Below are positions 40,090 to 50,378 of a stretch of DNA of 64,000 nt, piece by piece. The stretch is taken from positions 3,712,001 through 3,776,000 of the forward strand of contig OZ244799.1 in NCBI GenBank assembly GCA_965219955.1, in the 5' to 3' direction. The stretch comes from a bacterium. GTDB taxonomy: Bacteria > UBA8248. Numbering within the stretch: position 1 is the stretch's first letter; every line of letters begins with the position of its first letter. Made by a program: the position numbers and the translations under genes. Below the pieces are notes generated by a model. It did not search any database. It worked only from the letters and a program-made list of their open reading frames with translations, and was not told the origin of the DNA.

Positions 40090-40137
40090 AACCCCTCGCA
40101 TCCCCCGCCGGAATCAAGGAATCCTCGATTTTTTGCG

Positions 40138-40986
40138 TTACTGCGTGAAGGCGACGATGGTTCCCACCGCGGCGGCCAGCCCCAGAAGCTTTCTCACCGT
40201 CATCTTCTCGGACAGCCGCCAGGTGGCCAGGATGGTGGTCGTGATGAAGCTCAACTGCAGGATCGGCGTGACGATGGTGGCCTCGCCTTCCCTGAACGCG
40301 GCCAGCAGCGAGGTGATCCCGAATATGAAGCAGGTGGCGGTCACGAGTCCGTGCGCCCAGCCTTTTTTCGAAAACTGCGGCCCCCCCTGCACCACGAACG
40401 AGTAGATGTAGGAGATGGTGATGAAGAAAATCGCCTGGCTGTGCAGGAACATGATAGGCGCCACCCCGCCCTCGACGCCCAGCTTGTAGAAGAAGTTCAC
40501 GAAACCGACGGCCGCCATCGCCACGACGGCCCAAAGGATGGAGACGAGCTTGTCGGTCGAGAAACTCCCCCGGTGGAAATCCGAGAACAGGAAAATGGCG
40601 CAGCCGGTGAGGATGAGGCCCACGATCTTCGGGAGCGTGATGGATTCACTCAGAAACCAGACGGCGAGCATGGCGGTGACGACGAAACTCATCCGGTAGA
40701 TGGGCGTGCTGGCGCTCGCCTCTCCGAGCTCCACGCTTCTCATGAAGCTCCAGAAGCCGATGAACGTGAAAAAGGCGGTGCAGAATCCCAGAAGGGCGGG
40801 GGGCGTCCATGCGTAGCTGCCCTCGCAGTACGTCCATATCCACGTGATCGGAACGACGATGCTCGACTGCGAGACCGTGATCGTGCCCGGCAATATCTTG
40901 TTCCTGACCGCGCGGCCATACACGTAGTCCGCCACGCCGATCAGAAACGATGCGAAAAGGGCGAGCACGATGAACCTTGGAAGCAA
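40138..40986 (-). CDS. DMT/EamA-family transporter
   Basis: Two 5-TM repeats; GEASASTPI / GEATIVTPI. Confidence 0.85.
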   Translation of the reverse strand: MLPRFIVLALFASFLIGVADYVYGRAVRNKILPGTITVSQSSIVVPITWIWTYCEGSYAWTPPALLGFCTAFFTFIGFWSFMRSVELGEASASTPIYRMSFVVTAMLAVWFLSESITLPKIVGLILTGCAIFLFSDFHRGSFSTDKLVSILWAVVAMAAVGFVNFFYKLGVEGGVAPIMFLHSQAIFFITISYIYSFVVQGGPQFSKKGWAHGLVTATCFIFGITSLLAAFREGEATIVTPILQLSFITTTILATWRLSEKMTVRKLLGLAAAVGTIVAFTQ

Positions 40987-41376
40987 GCCGAATCTCTCCT
41001 GATAAATAACGCCGCCGCTTCAAACCCTTCGGGCGTCATGCCCGTTATCGGCGGGCGCGTTTCGTCGGTTCGGGAAGAGTACGCCGAAACGGCGCTTGAT
41101 TCATAGCTCTGCACCCGCTCGTTTTCCTGCCCGCACACCCTCGCCCGGACTCGCCGTGCGGGGGATGCGGCGCCCCGGGCCGCGGTTTCCCTTGTTGTGC
41201 CGATGGGGGCCTTCCTGTATATTGCGTGTATATATCTTGCCATGTTGCTTATGTGAACCGCACCGGAATCATTCCGGGGAGAGGGTCAAACTTTCTTCTC
41301 TGTTCGTGCGGAAACGGGCAAACCCCTGCGTCCGCACTCTGAATCCACGGAATCGGAAGCTAGGGAGGATCATGTA

Positions 41377-42633
41377 ATGGCAACGAGATCGACGTATACC
41401 CGAATGCCAAGGTTCAGCGTTTCCCGTCTTGCGGTGATGTTCACGGTGGCGTCTTTCGCGCTCATCGCCGCCTTCGGTTCCCCCGTTTTCGCTGCAAAGA
41501 AAGATCCCATTAAAATCGGGGTGCTCTCGTTTCTGAGCGGAAAGCTCAAGCCCATCGGCGACGAGATCACCACGGGCATCCAGACGGCCGTGAAGATGCA
41601 CGGACCCGTCATGGGCCGTTCCATCGAACTGATTCTGGAGGACAGCCTGGTCAACGCGCAGGTGGCGGTCACCAAGGCGACCAAGCTCGTCCAGAAGAAC
41701 CAGGTCACGGCGATTCTGGGAACCAGCACGCTCGAAGCGCTGGCGCTCCTGCCCGTGGCGAATCGCCTGCGCGTGCCGATCATCACCTCGAACAGCGGCT
41801 CGGCCGTCATCACGGGCAGCAAGTGCAACTACTGGGTGTTCCAGACGAACCCGACGCCCCAGATGGCCGTCGTGGCCATGGACTCGCTCATCAACGACAA
41901 CCCGAAGTTCAAGGCCGCGAAGTGGTTCACCATGGGCCACGACTATCCCTGGAGCAGGCGGGTGGCGCGCTCGGTCAAGATCGTCAAGGGCGTGAATTAC
42001 GTCGGCGAGGCGTATGCGCCGCTCGACACCACGGACTGGGCGCCGTTCATCGCCAAGGTCCGCGCGTCGGGCGCGACGGCGGTGGTCATCCCCGTCACCC
42101 TGGGCACGCCGCTCGTGCAGTTCATCCAGCAGGCCAACGAGTTCGGCCTGACCAAGCAGGCGACCCTGGTGGCGCCCATCGGACTGCCGGACTGGCTCAT
42201 CGCCAAGCTGGGTGAATTGTCGACCCACATCGTCTCAGCGGGCGCGTGGAGCGCGTGGCGTCTCGAGGACACGATTCCCACGACCAAAAAGTTCAACGAG
42301 CTCTACTACAAGATGCACGGCCGCGTAGCCGGGATGCAGGCCATCCAGGCGGGTACGGCGGCCCAGCTTCTGTTCAACGCCATCACGAAAGCGGGTTCCA
42401 CGGACGGCAAGGCCATCGTCGCGGCGCTCGAGAAGCTCGACGTAGAGGCTCCTGCGGGAAGAATGCGCTTCCAGAAGGACGGGCGTATGGCGGAGGTTGC
42501 GCTGATTCTCGGGAAAATCGAGAAGCTCAAGAAACCGAAGTATGGTGCGCAGTACGCGCAGTCGGTCACGGCGCTTCCGGCGTCCAGGACGCTCGAGCCG
42601 GCGAAGAAGCTCGGCTGTAATTTGAAGAAATAG
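41377..42633 (+). CDS. Liv-type ABC transporter substrate-binding protein
   Basis: Signal peptide; PIKIGVL; TTDWAPFIAKV; leads a livHMGF-like operon. Confidence 0.88.
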   Translation: MATRSTYTRMPRFSVSRLAVMFTVASFALIAAFGSPVFAAKKDPIKIGVLSFLSGKLKPIGDEITTGIQTAVKMHGPVMGRSIELILEDSLVNAQVAVTKATKLVQKNQVTAILGTSTLEALALLPVANRLRVPIITSNSGSAVITGSKCNYWVFQTNPTPQMAVVAMDSLINDNPKFKAAKWFTMGHDYPWSRRVARSVKIVKGVNYVGEAYAPLDTTDWAPFIAKVRASGATAVVIPVTLGTPLVQFIQQANEFGLTKQATLVAPIGLPDWLIAKLGELSTHIVSAGAWSAWRLEDTIPTTKKFNELYYKMHGRVAGMQAIQAGTAAQLLFNAITKAGSTDGKAIVAALEKLDVEAPAGRMRFQKDGRMAEVALILGKIEKLKKPKYGAQYAQSVTALPASRTLEPAKKLGCNLKK

Positions 42634-42641
42634 CTATTGGG

Positions 42642-43508
42642 ATGGATTGGAATTTCTTGTTCGTCAATTCACTGAACGGGATCATCTACGGCTCGTTCCT
42701 CGCGTTGACGAGTCTCGGCCTGAGCCTGGTTTTCGGCTTGGGCCGGGTCGTCAACTTCGCCCACGGCGTGTTGTACGCCCTGGGGGGGTATTTCTTCATC
42801 ATCTTCCTGCCCTCGCTGGGCTGGGGGGCGATGGTGTTCGCCCCGCTGGTGGTGGTGCCCCTGGCCATCGCGATGGAATGGCTCACGATCGCCCCCATCC
42901 GGAACCGGGATGAAATCTACACCCTGCTCGTGACGTTTGGCCTTTCGTTCATGATCACGGGCGCTATCGAGTATCTCTGGGGCACCGAGACGACCCTGAT
43001 CAAGCCGCCCGTCATCTTCCAGGGCACGGTGGACATCCTCGGCAATCAATTCCCCGTCTACAGGCTCTTCGCGTCGGCGCTGTCGCTGGTGGTGACGGGG
43101 CTGGTCTTCGTCTTCATCCAGTACACGCCGGTGGGCCTCAAGATTCGCGCCATCACGGATGACAGCGAAATGGCCGAGGCGCTCGGCATCAACACGCGCT
43201 GGCTGCTCACGAGCATCTTCGGGGGCGCTGCGGGTTTCGCGGCGTTCGCCGGCGCACTGGGCGCTCCCATTTTCTCCGTCGAACCGGAGATGGGAATGGG
43301 CATCATCATCGACTCGTTCCTGGCGGTGATCCTGGGCGGCCTCGGCCATCTGCCGGGAACCGCCGTGGGGGCGTTCATCGTGGCGCTCGCGAAATCCATC
43401 GGCGGGGGCTACATCGCGGAGTGGGCCATCGCGGTCCTGTTCCTGGTCGTGGCCGCGATCATGGTTCTGCGGCCCAGAGGAGTTTTCGGTCGTGGCCGCA
43501 TCGCCTGA
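42642..43508 (+). CDS. Liv-type ABC permease (LivH-like)
   Basis: GLSLVFGLGRVVNFAHG; VILGGLG. Confidence 0.9.
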   Translation: MDWNFLFVNSLNGIIYGSFLALTSLGLSLVFGLGRVVNFAHGVLYALGGYFFIIFLPSLGWGAMVFAPLVVVPLAIAMEWLTIAPIRNRDEIYTLLVTFGLSFMITGAIEYLWGTETTLIKPPVIFQGTVDILGNQFPVYRLFASALSLVVTGLVFVFIQYTPVGLKIRAITDDSEMAEALGINTRWLLTSIFGGAAGFAAFAGALGAPIFSVEPEMGMGIIIDSFLAVILGGLGHLPGTAVGAFIVALAKSIGGGYIAEWAIAVLFLVVAAIMVLRPRGVFGRGRIA

Positions 43509-44496
43509 TGTCGAAAACCTGACGCCGGACGCCTCGAGGGCCCGTTCGCGGGAGGTCGCGACGCGGGTGCTGCTCGCCGGCTCAGCGCTCCTGGTGCTGG
43601 CGGTTCCGTTTCTGGGCGCCAGCCCGTTTTTCATCACCCTGCTCACCGAGGCCCTGATCTTCGGCATCTGGGCGATGAGCCTCGATTTGCTGGTGGGCTA
43701 CACGGGGCTCGTCTCGTTCGGCCACGCCGCGAGTTTCGGTTTCGCGACCTATGCCGCGGGTATATTCGCCATGAACATATCCGCGGATTTTTTCCTCTCG
43801 ACCATCGTGGCCATCGTCGCCGCCGCCGCGGTGGCGTTTCTGACCGGCCTGGTGGTGACGCGCCTCTCGGGAATCGCTTTCGCCATTCTCACGCTCTGCA
43901 TCTGCCAGGTCCTGTTCCAGATATCCGTCGTGTGGCGCTCGTTCACCGGCGGACTGGACGGCTTGATCGGCGTTCCGCTCCCCACGCTATTCGGCCGGGA
44001 GGTCGAGCCCGGCAAGGAGTTATACCTCCTCACCGCGGCTACGCTCATCGTCTGCTATCTTCTCCTCAGGAGGGTGGTGGAGTCTCCGTTCGGGAAAACC
44101 CTGCTGGCGATTCGCGCGAACGAGGAGAGGGCGGCGGCCATCGGCATCGACGTGAGGCGGCACAAGCTGGTGATTCTCGTCATCTCCTGGATGACGGGCG
44201 GCGTGGCGGGAACGCTCTTCGTCTTCCTGAAGGCGGGCGCGAACCCGATGTCGCTCTACTGGATCGAGTCGGGCAACATACTGGCCATCACGATCCTGGG
44301 CGGCATCGGAACGCTGTTCGGCCCGATCATCGGGGCGATCGGCTTCATATTCATCCGCGATGAGGTCACGACGATGTACCGGGCGTGGCAGTTTTCCTTC
44401 GGGCTCGCCTTCGTGCTCGCCGTGCTCTTCATGCCGTCGGGAATCGCGGGCATCGGCGAGAGGATCTGGAGACGGCTGTGGCCAGCGCGTTCCTGA
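43492..44496 (+). CDS. Liv-type ABC permease (LivM-like)
   Basis: LLVGYTGLVSFGHA; SPFGKTLLAIRANE; LGGIGTLFGP. Confidence 0.9.
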   Translation: MAASPDVENLTPDASRARSREVATRVLLAGSALLVLAVPFLGASPFFITLLTEALIFGIWAMSLDLLVGYTGLVSFGHAASFGFATYAAGIFAMNISADFFLSTIVAIVAAAAVAFLTGLVVTRLSGIAFAILTLCICQVLFQISVVWRSFTGGLDGLIGVPLPTLFGREVEPGKELYLLTAATLIVCYLLLRRVVESPFGKTLLAIRANEERAAAIGIDVRRHKLVILVISWMTGGVAGTLFVFLKAGANPMSLYWIESGNILAITILGGIGTLFGPIIGAIGFIFIRDEVTTMYRAWQFSFGLAFVLAVLFMPSGIAGIGERIWRRLWPARS

Positions 44497-45236
44497 TAGA
44501 AGGCCTCCACAAGTCCTTCGGCGCCCTGCATGCCGTGAACGACGTGTCTCTTGACATCGAAGCCGGGCAGGTGCACTCGCTCATCGGCCCGAACGGCGCG
44601 GGCAAGACGACTTTGTTCAACTGCATCACCGGATTTCTCCAGCCCGACGCCGGAAAGGTGTTTCTGAAAGGGCGCGACGTCACCGACCTGCCGTCCCACA
44701 AGCTGGTGAAAGAGGGAATCGTCCGGACGTTCCAGATCACCCAGGTCTTCGGCGAGTTGAGCGCGCGTGAGAACGTCGAACTCGCGGCGCGCTCCCGCGA
44801 GGGGCTGAATTTCGACTTCTTCCGCAAGGCGAGCGCCTGCCGGAAGGCGCGCGAAGACGCGGAGGAATCGCTGGAGGTGGTCGGGCTGATCGAGAAGGCC
44901 CATTTGCGGCCCGAGGAGCTGGGGCACGGGGACAAGCGGGTGCTCGAAGTGGCCATCGGGCTCGCGCTCAACCCCGAGGTACTGCTGCTCGATGAGCCGA
45001 CGGCGGGCATGTCCCGAACGGAGACCGAGCGCATCGCCCGCCTGGTGCGGCAAATTGCGGACCGCACGAGCGTCCTCCTGGTCGAGCACGACACGGAGGT
45101 GGTTCTCTCGATTTCGGACAAGATCACCGTGATGACGCAGGGCCGGGTGATCGCCCAGGGTCCGCCCGAGCAGATCAGCCGGGATCCCCAGGTGCAGGAC
45201 GCCTATCTCGGGGCCGTCGAAGTGGGAGAGGACTGA
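44478..45236 (+). CDS. Liv-type ABC ATP-binding protein (LivG-like)
   Basis: GPNGAGKTT; RTFQ; LLLDEPTAG; VEHD; AYLG. Confidence 0.92.
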   Translation: MASAFLIEGLHKSFGALHAVNDVSLDIEAGQVHSLIGPNGAGKTTLFNCITGFLQPDAGKVFLKGRDVTDLPSHKLVKEGIVRTFQITQVFGELSARENVELAARSREGLNFDFFRKASACRKAREDAEESLEVVGLIEKAHLRPEELGHGDKRVLEVAIGLALNPEVLLLDEPTAGMSRTETERIARLVRQIADRTSVLLVEHDTEVVLSISDKITVMTQGRVIAQGPPEQISRDPQVQDAYLGAVEVGED

Positions 45237-45967
45237 TGCTCAAAGTCTCCTCGCTCCACGTTCATTACGGGACCGCCCACGTTCTCCACGGTGTGGACCT
45301 CGAGGTGGAGGCCGGCAAAATCGTCTGCCTCATCGGGCGCAACGGCGCCGGCAAGAGCACGACGCTCAAGGCCATCATGGGGCTCACGCCCCCCACTTCA
45401 GGCGAAATCCTCTTCGGGGAGCAGCGCATCGACGCCATGGCGGCCCACCAGGTCGCCCGTATGGGAGTCGCCTACGTGCCCGAGGACAGGCGGCCCTTCG
45501 GTTCCTTGAGCGTGGAGGAGAACATCCGCGTGGCCGCGCAGGCGAGTCCTCGCTCGGACGCAAACGGCGTCAGCGAGGCGCTGGCGTTTTTCCCCGTCCT
45601 CGAAGAGCGCTCCAGACAACTGGCGGGGAGCCTGAGCGGCGGTGAGCAGCAGATGCTCGTGATCGCGCGCGCCCTGGTGGCGCGGCCACGGCTGATTCTG
45701 CTCGACGAGCCGACCGAGGGATTGGCCCCCAGCCTCGTCGGCTCCATCAGAGACGGAATCCTGAAGACCCGGACGCATGGCCTCTCGATTCTGCTCGTGG
45801 AGCAGAACCTCTCCCTGGCGCTGGAGGTGGGGGATTATTTCTACGTGCTGAGCCGGGGTTTCGTCGCCTTCGAGGGTACGAGCGAGGAACTCCTTGCGCG
45901 CGAAGACGTTATCGCCGAGCATCTGGGCGTCGGCCGTGTGAAGGAGGCCCTGAGAGCGCGAAAATGA
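45236..45967 (+). CDS. Liv-type ABC ATP-binding protein (LivF-like)
   Basis: GRNGAGKST; LSGGEQQM; LLDEPTEGLAP; VEQN. Confidence 0.92.
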   Translation: MLKVSSLHVHYGTAHVLHGVDLEVEAGKIVCLIGRNGAGKSTTLKAIMGLTPPTSGEILFGEQRIDAMAAHQVARMGVAYVPEDRRPFGSLSVEENIRVAAQASPRSDANGVSEALAFFPVLEERSRQLAGSLSGGEQQMLVIARALVARPRLILLDEPTEGLAPSLVGSIRDGILKTRTHGLSILLVEQNLSLALEVGDYFYVLSRGFVAFEGTSEELLAREDVIAEHLGVGRVKEALRARK

Positions 45968-46042
45968 GGCGCTGAGCATCCCTGCGCGGTGTCGCGAAAA
46001 ACCGGACCGGACCGACCCGCCTGAAACGGAAGAGATCACCCA

Positions 46043-47005
46043 TTGCTTGCCTGCGTGCTGGAGGAAAACGGCCCCTCTTTGAAAGAGATAGCGCGCCCTG
46101 AGCCGCTTGCGGACGAGGCGCTCGTCCGGGTGAGGCTCGCGGGCATTTGCGCCACCGACCTGGAGCTCATTCGCGGGTACATGAATTTCCGTGGCGTGCT
46201 GGGCCATGAGTTCGTGGGCGAGGTGGCGGGGCCGAAGGCGCATCCGCTTCTCGGGCGAAGGGTCGTGGGCGAGATCAACTGCGGATGCGGAAGCTGCGCC
46301 TGGTGCGCGCGGGGAATGGAGCGGCATTGCCCCGGGAGGAGCGTTCTCGGCATTCTCGACCGCCATGGAGTCTTTGCGGAATACACCTGCCTGCCGAGCC
46401 GGAACCTGCACCCCGTTTCTGACGCCGTGGAAGATGAGGCGGCCGTTTTTTGCGAGCCTCTGGCCGCCTGCTTCGAGGTGATCGAGCAGTTTCCCGAAAT
46501 CGTGGAGCGAGAAGTCCTGGTGATAGGAGACGGGAGGCTCGGCCTGCTGCAGGCCGGGGTGTTGCGCGCCGCCGGGGCGAGAGTGGGCCTGCTGGGCCGC
46601 CACCGGGAAAAAATGGCGCTGCTCGCTCCTTATGAGATTCCCGCCTGGAGCGAACCGGCGCAGGCCGCCTGCTCCGATGGGGAGAAATGGCCCGTCGTGA
46701 TCGAGGCCACGGGTGCGGCGGATGGGTTTTCCCTCGCGGTTTCTAAAACGAAGCCCCGGGGCGTGGTGGTTCTCAAGAGCACGGTGGCCTCCGAGGCTCG
46801 CCTGAACCTGTCCTCCGTCGTGGTGGATGAAATCACGGTTCTGGGTTCGCGCTGCGGCCCTTTCGAGCCGGCGATTGAGGCACTCGAGACGGGCGCGGTT
46901 CGCACGTCCTCGATGATTCATGGCTCCTACTCCCTGCAAAACGCGCCCGAAGCGCTTGAAAAAGCCCGCGAAAAGGGCATAATCAAGGTGCTGCTCCGGC
47001 CCTAG
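46043..47005 (+). CDS. Zinc-dependent alcohol dehydrogenase (MDR) family protein
   Basis: GICATD, GHEFVG, CGSCAWCARGMERHC, GDGRLG, GSRCGPF. Confidence 0.9.
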   Translation: MLACVLEENGPSLKEIARPEPLADEALVRVRLAGICATDLELIRGYMNFRGVLGHEFVGEVAGPKAHPLLGRRVVGEINCGCGSCAWCARGMERHCPGRSVLGILDRHGVFAEYTCLPSRNLHPVSDAVEDEAAVFCEPLAACFEVIEQFPEIVEREVLVIGDGRLGLLQAGVLRAAGARVGLLGRHREKMALLAPYEIPAWSEPAQAACSDGEKWPVVIEATGAADGFSLAVSKTKPRGVVVLKSTVASEARLNLSSVVVDEITVLGSRCGPFEPAIEALETGAVRTSSMIHGSYSLQNAPEALEKAREKGIIKVLLRP

Positions 47006-47079
47006 GTATTATTTGCATTTTAGTGTAGAATGGTGAGTCCATATTGCTTCATAGGGTGGCGCTCGATAAGGAGCATGCG

Positions 47080-47973
47080 ATGAGAGGCCTCATGGGGATG
47101 GCCTTGATGGTGTGGCTCCTCGCTTCGGCTTGGAGCATGGGGGCGTTTGCGGCCACGCCGGAGACCCCCGGGGCGATAGAGAAAAGGCGCGTCTCTCGCA
47201 TCGTCGCTCACCTCAAGCGACTGGAGAGGCCTCAGGACTGGCGTCTGGTGCGCAAGCTTTTCTCCTCGGATTCGAACGTGCAGCTCAACGCCCTCTCGAA
47301 CTGTCCATTGCCCGAAAACGAATGGCCCTGGTATCTCTCCTCGGATCACCTCAAGAATTACGCCTTCTCGGTGGATTTCATCCCGATCAACATGGATGCG
47401 GACAAGCGCCTCGAAACCCTCATGGTGATCCAGTCGGATCACGACAAGGACCACTACATCACCTTTTGCCTGATGGATGACGAGAAAAGGGCCCGCAAGC
47501 CGCTCGCATCCTACAGCGACTTGAGCCGGGGCCGTCAGATTACCTACCAGATAGCCGATCTGACGGCGGACGGGTCGTATGAGTTGATCGTCAACGTTCG
47601 CGAGGGTTCGGACGGCCGCTACTCCGACGCCGTGCGTGTCATCAAGCCGACCCGGAAGAACCGTTTCGAACTGATGTGGTTCGCGCGCCTGCAGGATGAG
47701 TTGCAGTGGCCGAAAAGCTACCTGGACGACGCGGGTAAACAGGCCGTCCAAAGGCGTGAAGACCTGCGGGCCAAGGTTCGCTTTCGCTTTAACGGACCGG
47801 GCAACCCCGTCACCCTCATTCTCAAGGGGGTGAGGGAATACGAGGAACGCGTTTTCAACATCAAAGGCAGGGAAGAAAAAAGCAAGCTCCTCGTCGACCG
47901 GTTCCCGTTCGAGGAATTCTGGCGGTGGGATAAAGCGAAACTGCAATTCGTCCGCGTTTTCGACTCCAGATAA
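47080..47973 (+). CDS. Secreted hypothetical protein with FG-GAP/EF-hand-like acidic motifs
   Basis: Signal peptide; NMDADKRLE and DLTADGSYELIV motifs. Confidence 0.6.
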   Translation: MRGLMGMALMVWLLASAWSMGAFAATPETPGAIEKRRVSRIVAHLKRLERPQDWRLVRKLFSSDSNVQLNALSNCPLPENEWPWYLSSDHLKNYAFSVDFIPINMDADKRLETLMVIQSDHDKDHYITFCLMDDEKRARKPLASYSDLSRGRQITYQIADLTADGSYELIVNVREGSDGRYSDAVRVIKPTRKNRFELMWFARLQDELQWPKSYLDDAGKQAVQRREDLRAKVRFRFNGPGNPVTLILKGVREYEERVFNIKGREEKSKLLVDRFPFEEFWRWDKAKLQFVRVFDSR

Positions 47974-48008
47974 CTGAAGAAGCATATCCGCTTTTCCGGA
48001 AAGGTCGT

Positions 48009-49556
48009 GTGAAGCCGTTGAACTACCCCCGCCCCGTCATGCTCATCGTTCTGGATGGGTGGGGCTTTTCCGATGAACGCGCCCACAACGCCGTCGCGTT
48101 GGCCGATACCCCGACCATGGACGCCCTGCTCGCTCACCGCCCCCACACCCGTCTCGTTACCTCGGGGCGCGCCGTGGGACTTCCCGACGGCCAGATGGGC
48201 AATTCAGAAGTGGGTCATCTGAACCTGGGCGCCGGCCGGGTGGTGGATCAGGACATCGTTCGCATCGACCGCTCCATCGAGGCGGGTGATTTCTTCGAAC
48301 TCCTCCCGTTTGTGGAGTGCATTCAAAAAGCCAAAGAAAATGGCGGCGCCCTGCACATCCTTGGCCTCGTTTCGGACGGCGGGGTGCACAGCCTCCAGGA
48401 CCACGGGGTGGCGCTGGCGCGGCTGGGCAGAAAAATCGGGATTGAGCGCATCTTCGCCCATGCCTTCACCGACGGGAGGGATACGCCTCCCCGTTCGGGG
48501 CTGGACTTCGTGGGTCGGTATGAGGAGAGTCTGCGGCGCGAGGCGGGGGCCGAACTCGCCACCGTCATCGGACGCTACTACGCGATGGACCGCGACAGCC
48601 GGTGGGAGAGAAGCGAGCGGGCCTACCGGGCCATGGTGGCGGGAGAGGGAGTCTTCTCCCGAAGCGCCGCCGAGGCGATAGAGGCCTCCTATGCGCAGGG
48701 GGTGACGGATGAGTTCATCAAACCGGTGGTTCTTGGTGAGGACGGGCGTCCGGTGGGGTTGATTCGGGACGGCGACGCCGTGATCTGCATGAACTTCCGC
48801 GCGGACAGGGTGCGTCAAATCACCCGCGCCTTCACCGATGACGGGTTCGACGGCTTCGACGTCTCGGGCGGACCTGCGGTTCATTACGCCTGCATGACGG
48901 AATATGACGAGCGTTTCGCGCTACCCGTCGCGTTTCCCCCATTGAAGATGGAGGGTCTGTTCTACCACGCCCTGGCCGGTGCGGGAAAAACTTGCCTGAG
49001 AGTGGCCGAGACGGAAAAATATCCCCACGTCACGTATTTCTTTAACGGCGGCGAGGAGGAGCCGCCCCCCGGCGAGCGGCGGCGCATGGTTCCTTCGCCC
49101 AAGGTGGCCACCTATGATCTAATGCCCGAGATGAGCGCAGAAGGAGTAACGGAAGTGGTCCTGGACGCTATCGGGCGGGGTGAGGATGACGCCATCGTCT
49201 TGAACTACGCCAACCCCGACATGGTGGGACACACGGGCGTCGAGAGCGCCGCCGTGCAGGCCGCCGGTTTCGTGGACGCCTGTCTCGGTCGCGTTCTCGA
49301 AGCGCTCGAGCGCGCGGGCGGGGCGGCGGTGGTGACGGCGGATCACGGGAATTGCGAGACGATGTGGGATGCGGAGAACGACTGTCCGCACACCGCGCAC
49401 ACGCTGAACGAGACGCCCTGCATCGTCGTAGCGCCCGGTTTCGAAGGCCCGCTCAGATCGGGCGGCGCGCTTTGCGACGTGGCGCCCACCCTGCTGGGGT
49501 TGATGGGTATCCCCCAGCCTCCTGAGATGACGGGTGTGGATTTGCGGATTCTCTAG
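48009..49556 (+). CDS. gpmI: 2,3-bisphosphoglycerate-independent phosphoglycerate mutase
   Basis: LDGWG, GLPDGQMGNSEVGH, SDGGVHS, GRYYAMDRD, NFRADR, AETEKYPHVT, NPDMVGHTG, ADHGN. Confidence 0.96.
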   Translation: MKPLNYPRPVMLIVLDGWGFSDERAHNAVALADTPTMDALLAHRPHTRLVTSGRAVGLPDGQMGNSEVGHLNLGAGRVVDQDIVRIDRSIEAGDFFELLPFVECIQKAKENGGALHILGLVSDGGVHSLQDHGVALARLGRKIGIERIFAHAFTDGRDTPPRSGLDFVGRYEESLRREAGAELATVIGRYYAMDRDSRWERSERAYRAMVAGEGVFSRSAAEAIEASYAQGVTDEFIKPVVLGEDGRPVGLIRDGDAVICMNFRADRVRQITRAFTDDGFDGFDVSGGPAVHYACMTEYDERFALPVAFPPLKMEGLFYHALAGAGKTCLRVAETEKYPHVTYFFNGGEEEPPPGERRRMVPSPKVATYDLMPEMSAEGVTEVVLDAIGRGEDDAIVLNYANPDMVGHTGVESAAVQAAGFVDACLGRVLEALERAGGAAVVTADHGNCETMWDAENDCPHTAHTLNETPCIVVAPGFEGPLRSGGALCDVAPTLLGLMGIPQPPEMTGVDLRIL

Positions 49557-49658
49557 CGCCTGGGCGTTGCCCCTCTCGCCCGGTTCGGCGAGTATGGAGA
49601 GCGGCGGGGAATTCGACGGTTTCATGGTGAGGAAACATTCATTCGGGAGGAGACGGGC

Positions 49659-50339
49659 GTGAGCGAGGGTGTCCCCGATTTTCAGGCGTTGCGCGTGATG
49701 TATCACCAGGAGGTGGAAGGGCTGAGCGACGCCCAGCTTGACTGGGAAGACCCGTCCGAGGAGTGGTCGCGCTGGAGCATCAGGCGGCAGGTAAGCCACG
49801 TGGCGCTCGCTTATTTCTTCTGGTGGGTGAAGATGTGGGGCAAGACCCTCTGGCCGGAGAACCCGCCGGAAGACCCGGTGGATTTCACGAAAGCGGCCCC
49901 CAATCAGTACGACCGCAGGCTGGATGAGGAGAAATACTGGCGGCTCGAGGATTTGCTGCCCAAATTCGACGAGGCGCTCGCCTTTGCCGAACGCGCCGCC
50001 GAGGGGAAGAGCGCGGATGATTTGAAGGCGCTGGCCATCACCCGCACTTTCAAGCCGGAGTTGCTGATGGGCGATACGGACCTGCCGGTATACCGGTTCT
50101 GGATGCACGTCTCCACGTTTCACGACGAGGGCCTCACGCAAGACCCCGAGGATGAGACGAAATTCACGTATACCCTGGCGGGGATGCTCCGCCAGCTTTA
50201 TTGGGAGGCGCTCGTGCACTTGCGGACCATTCACCGCCTGAAACTCAAACAGGGGCTCACGCCCGCCGCGCAGATACCGCGCGAGGGCTTGCTGCTCGAC
50301 CCGTTTTTCTGGGGACCCGAGGATGAACCCAGGATGTGA
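49659..50339 (+). CDS. DinB-superfamily protein
   Basis: GLSDAQLDW, WSIRRQVSHVA, WEALVHLRTI. Confidence 0.7.
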   Translation: MSEGVPDFQALRVMYHQEVEGLSDAQLDWEDPSEEWSRWSIRRQVSHVALAYFFWWVKMWGKTLWPENPPEDPVDFTKAAPNQYDRRLDEEKYWRLEDLLPKFDEALAFAERAAEGKSADDLKALAITRTFKPELLMGDTDLPVYRFWMHVSTFHDEGLTQDPEDETKFTYTLAGMLRQLYWEALVHLRTIHRLKLKQGLTPAAQIPREGLLLDPFFWGPEDEPRM

Positions 50340-50378
50340 GGGCGCGCGGCGCTTGCGCTTATTTGCGGGGACCTTCCC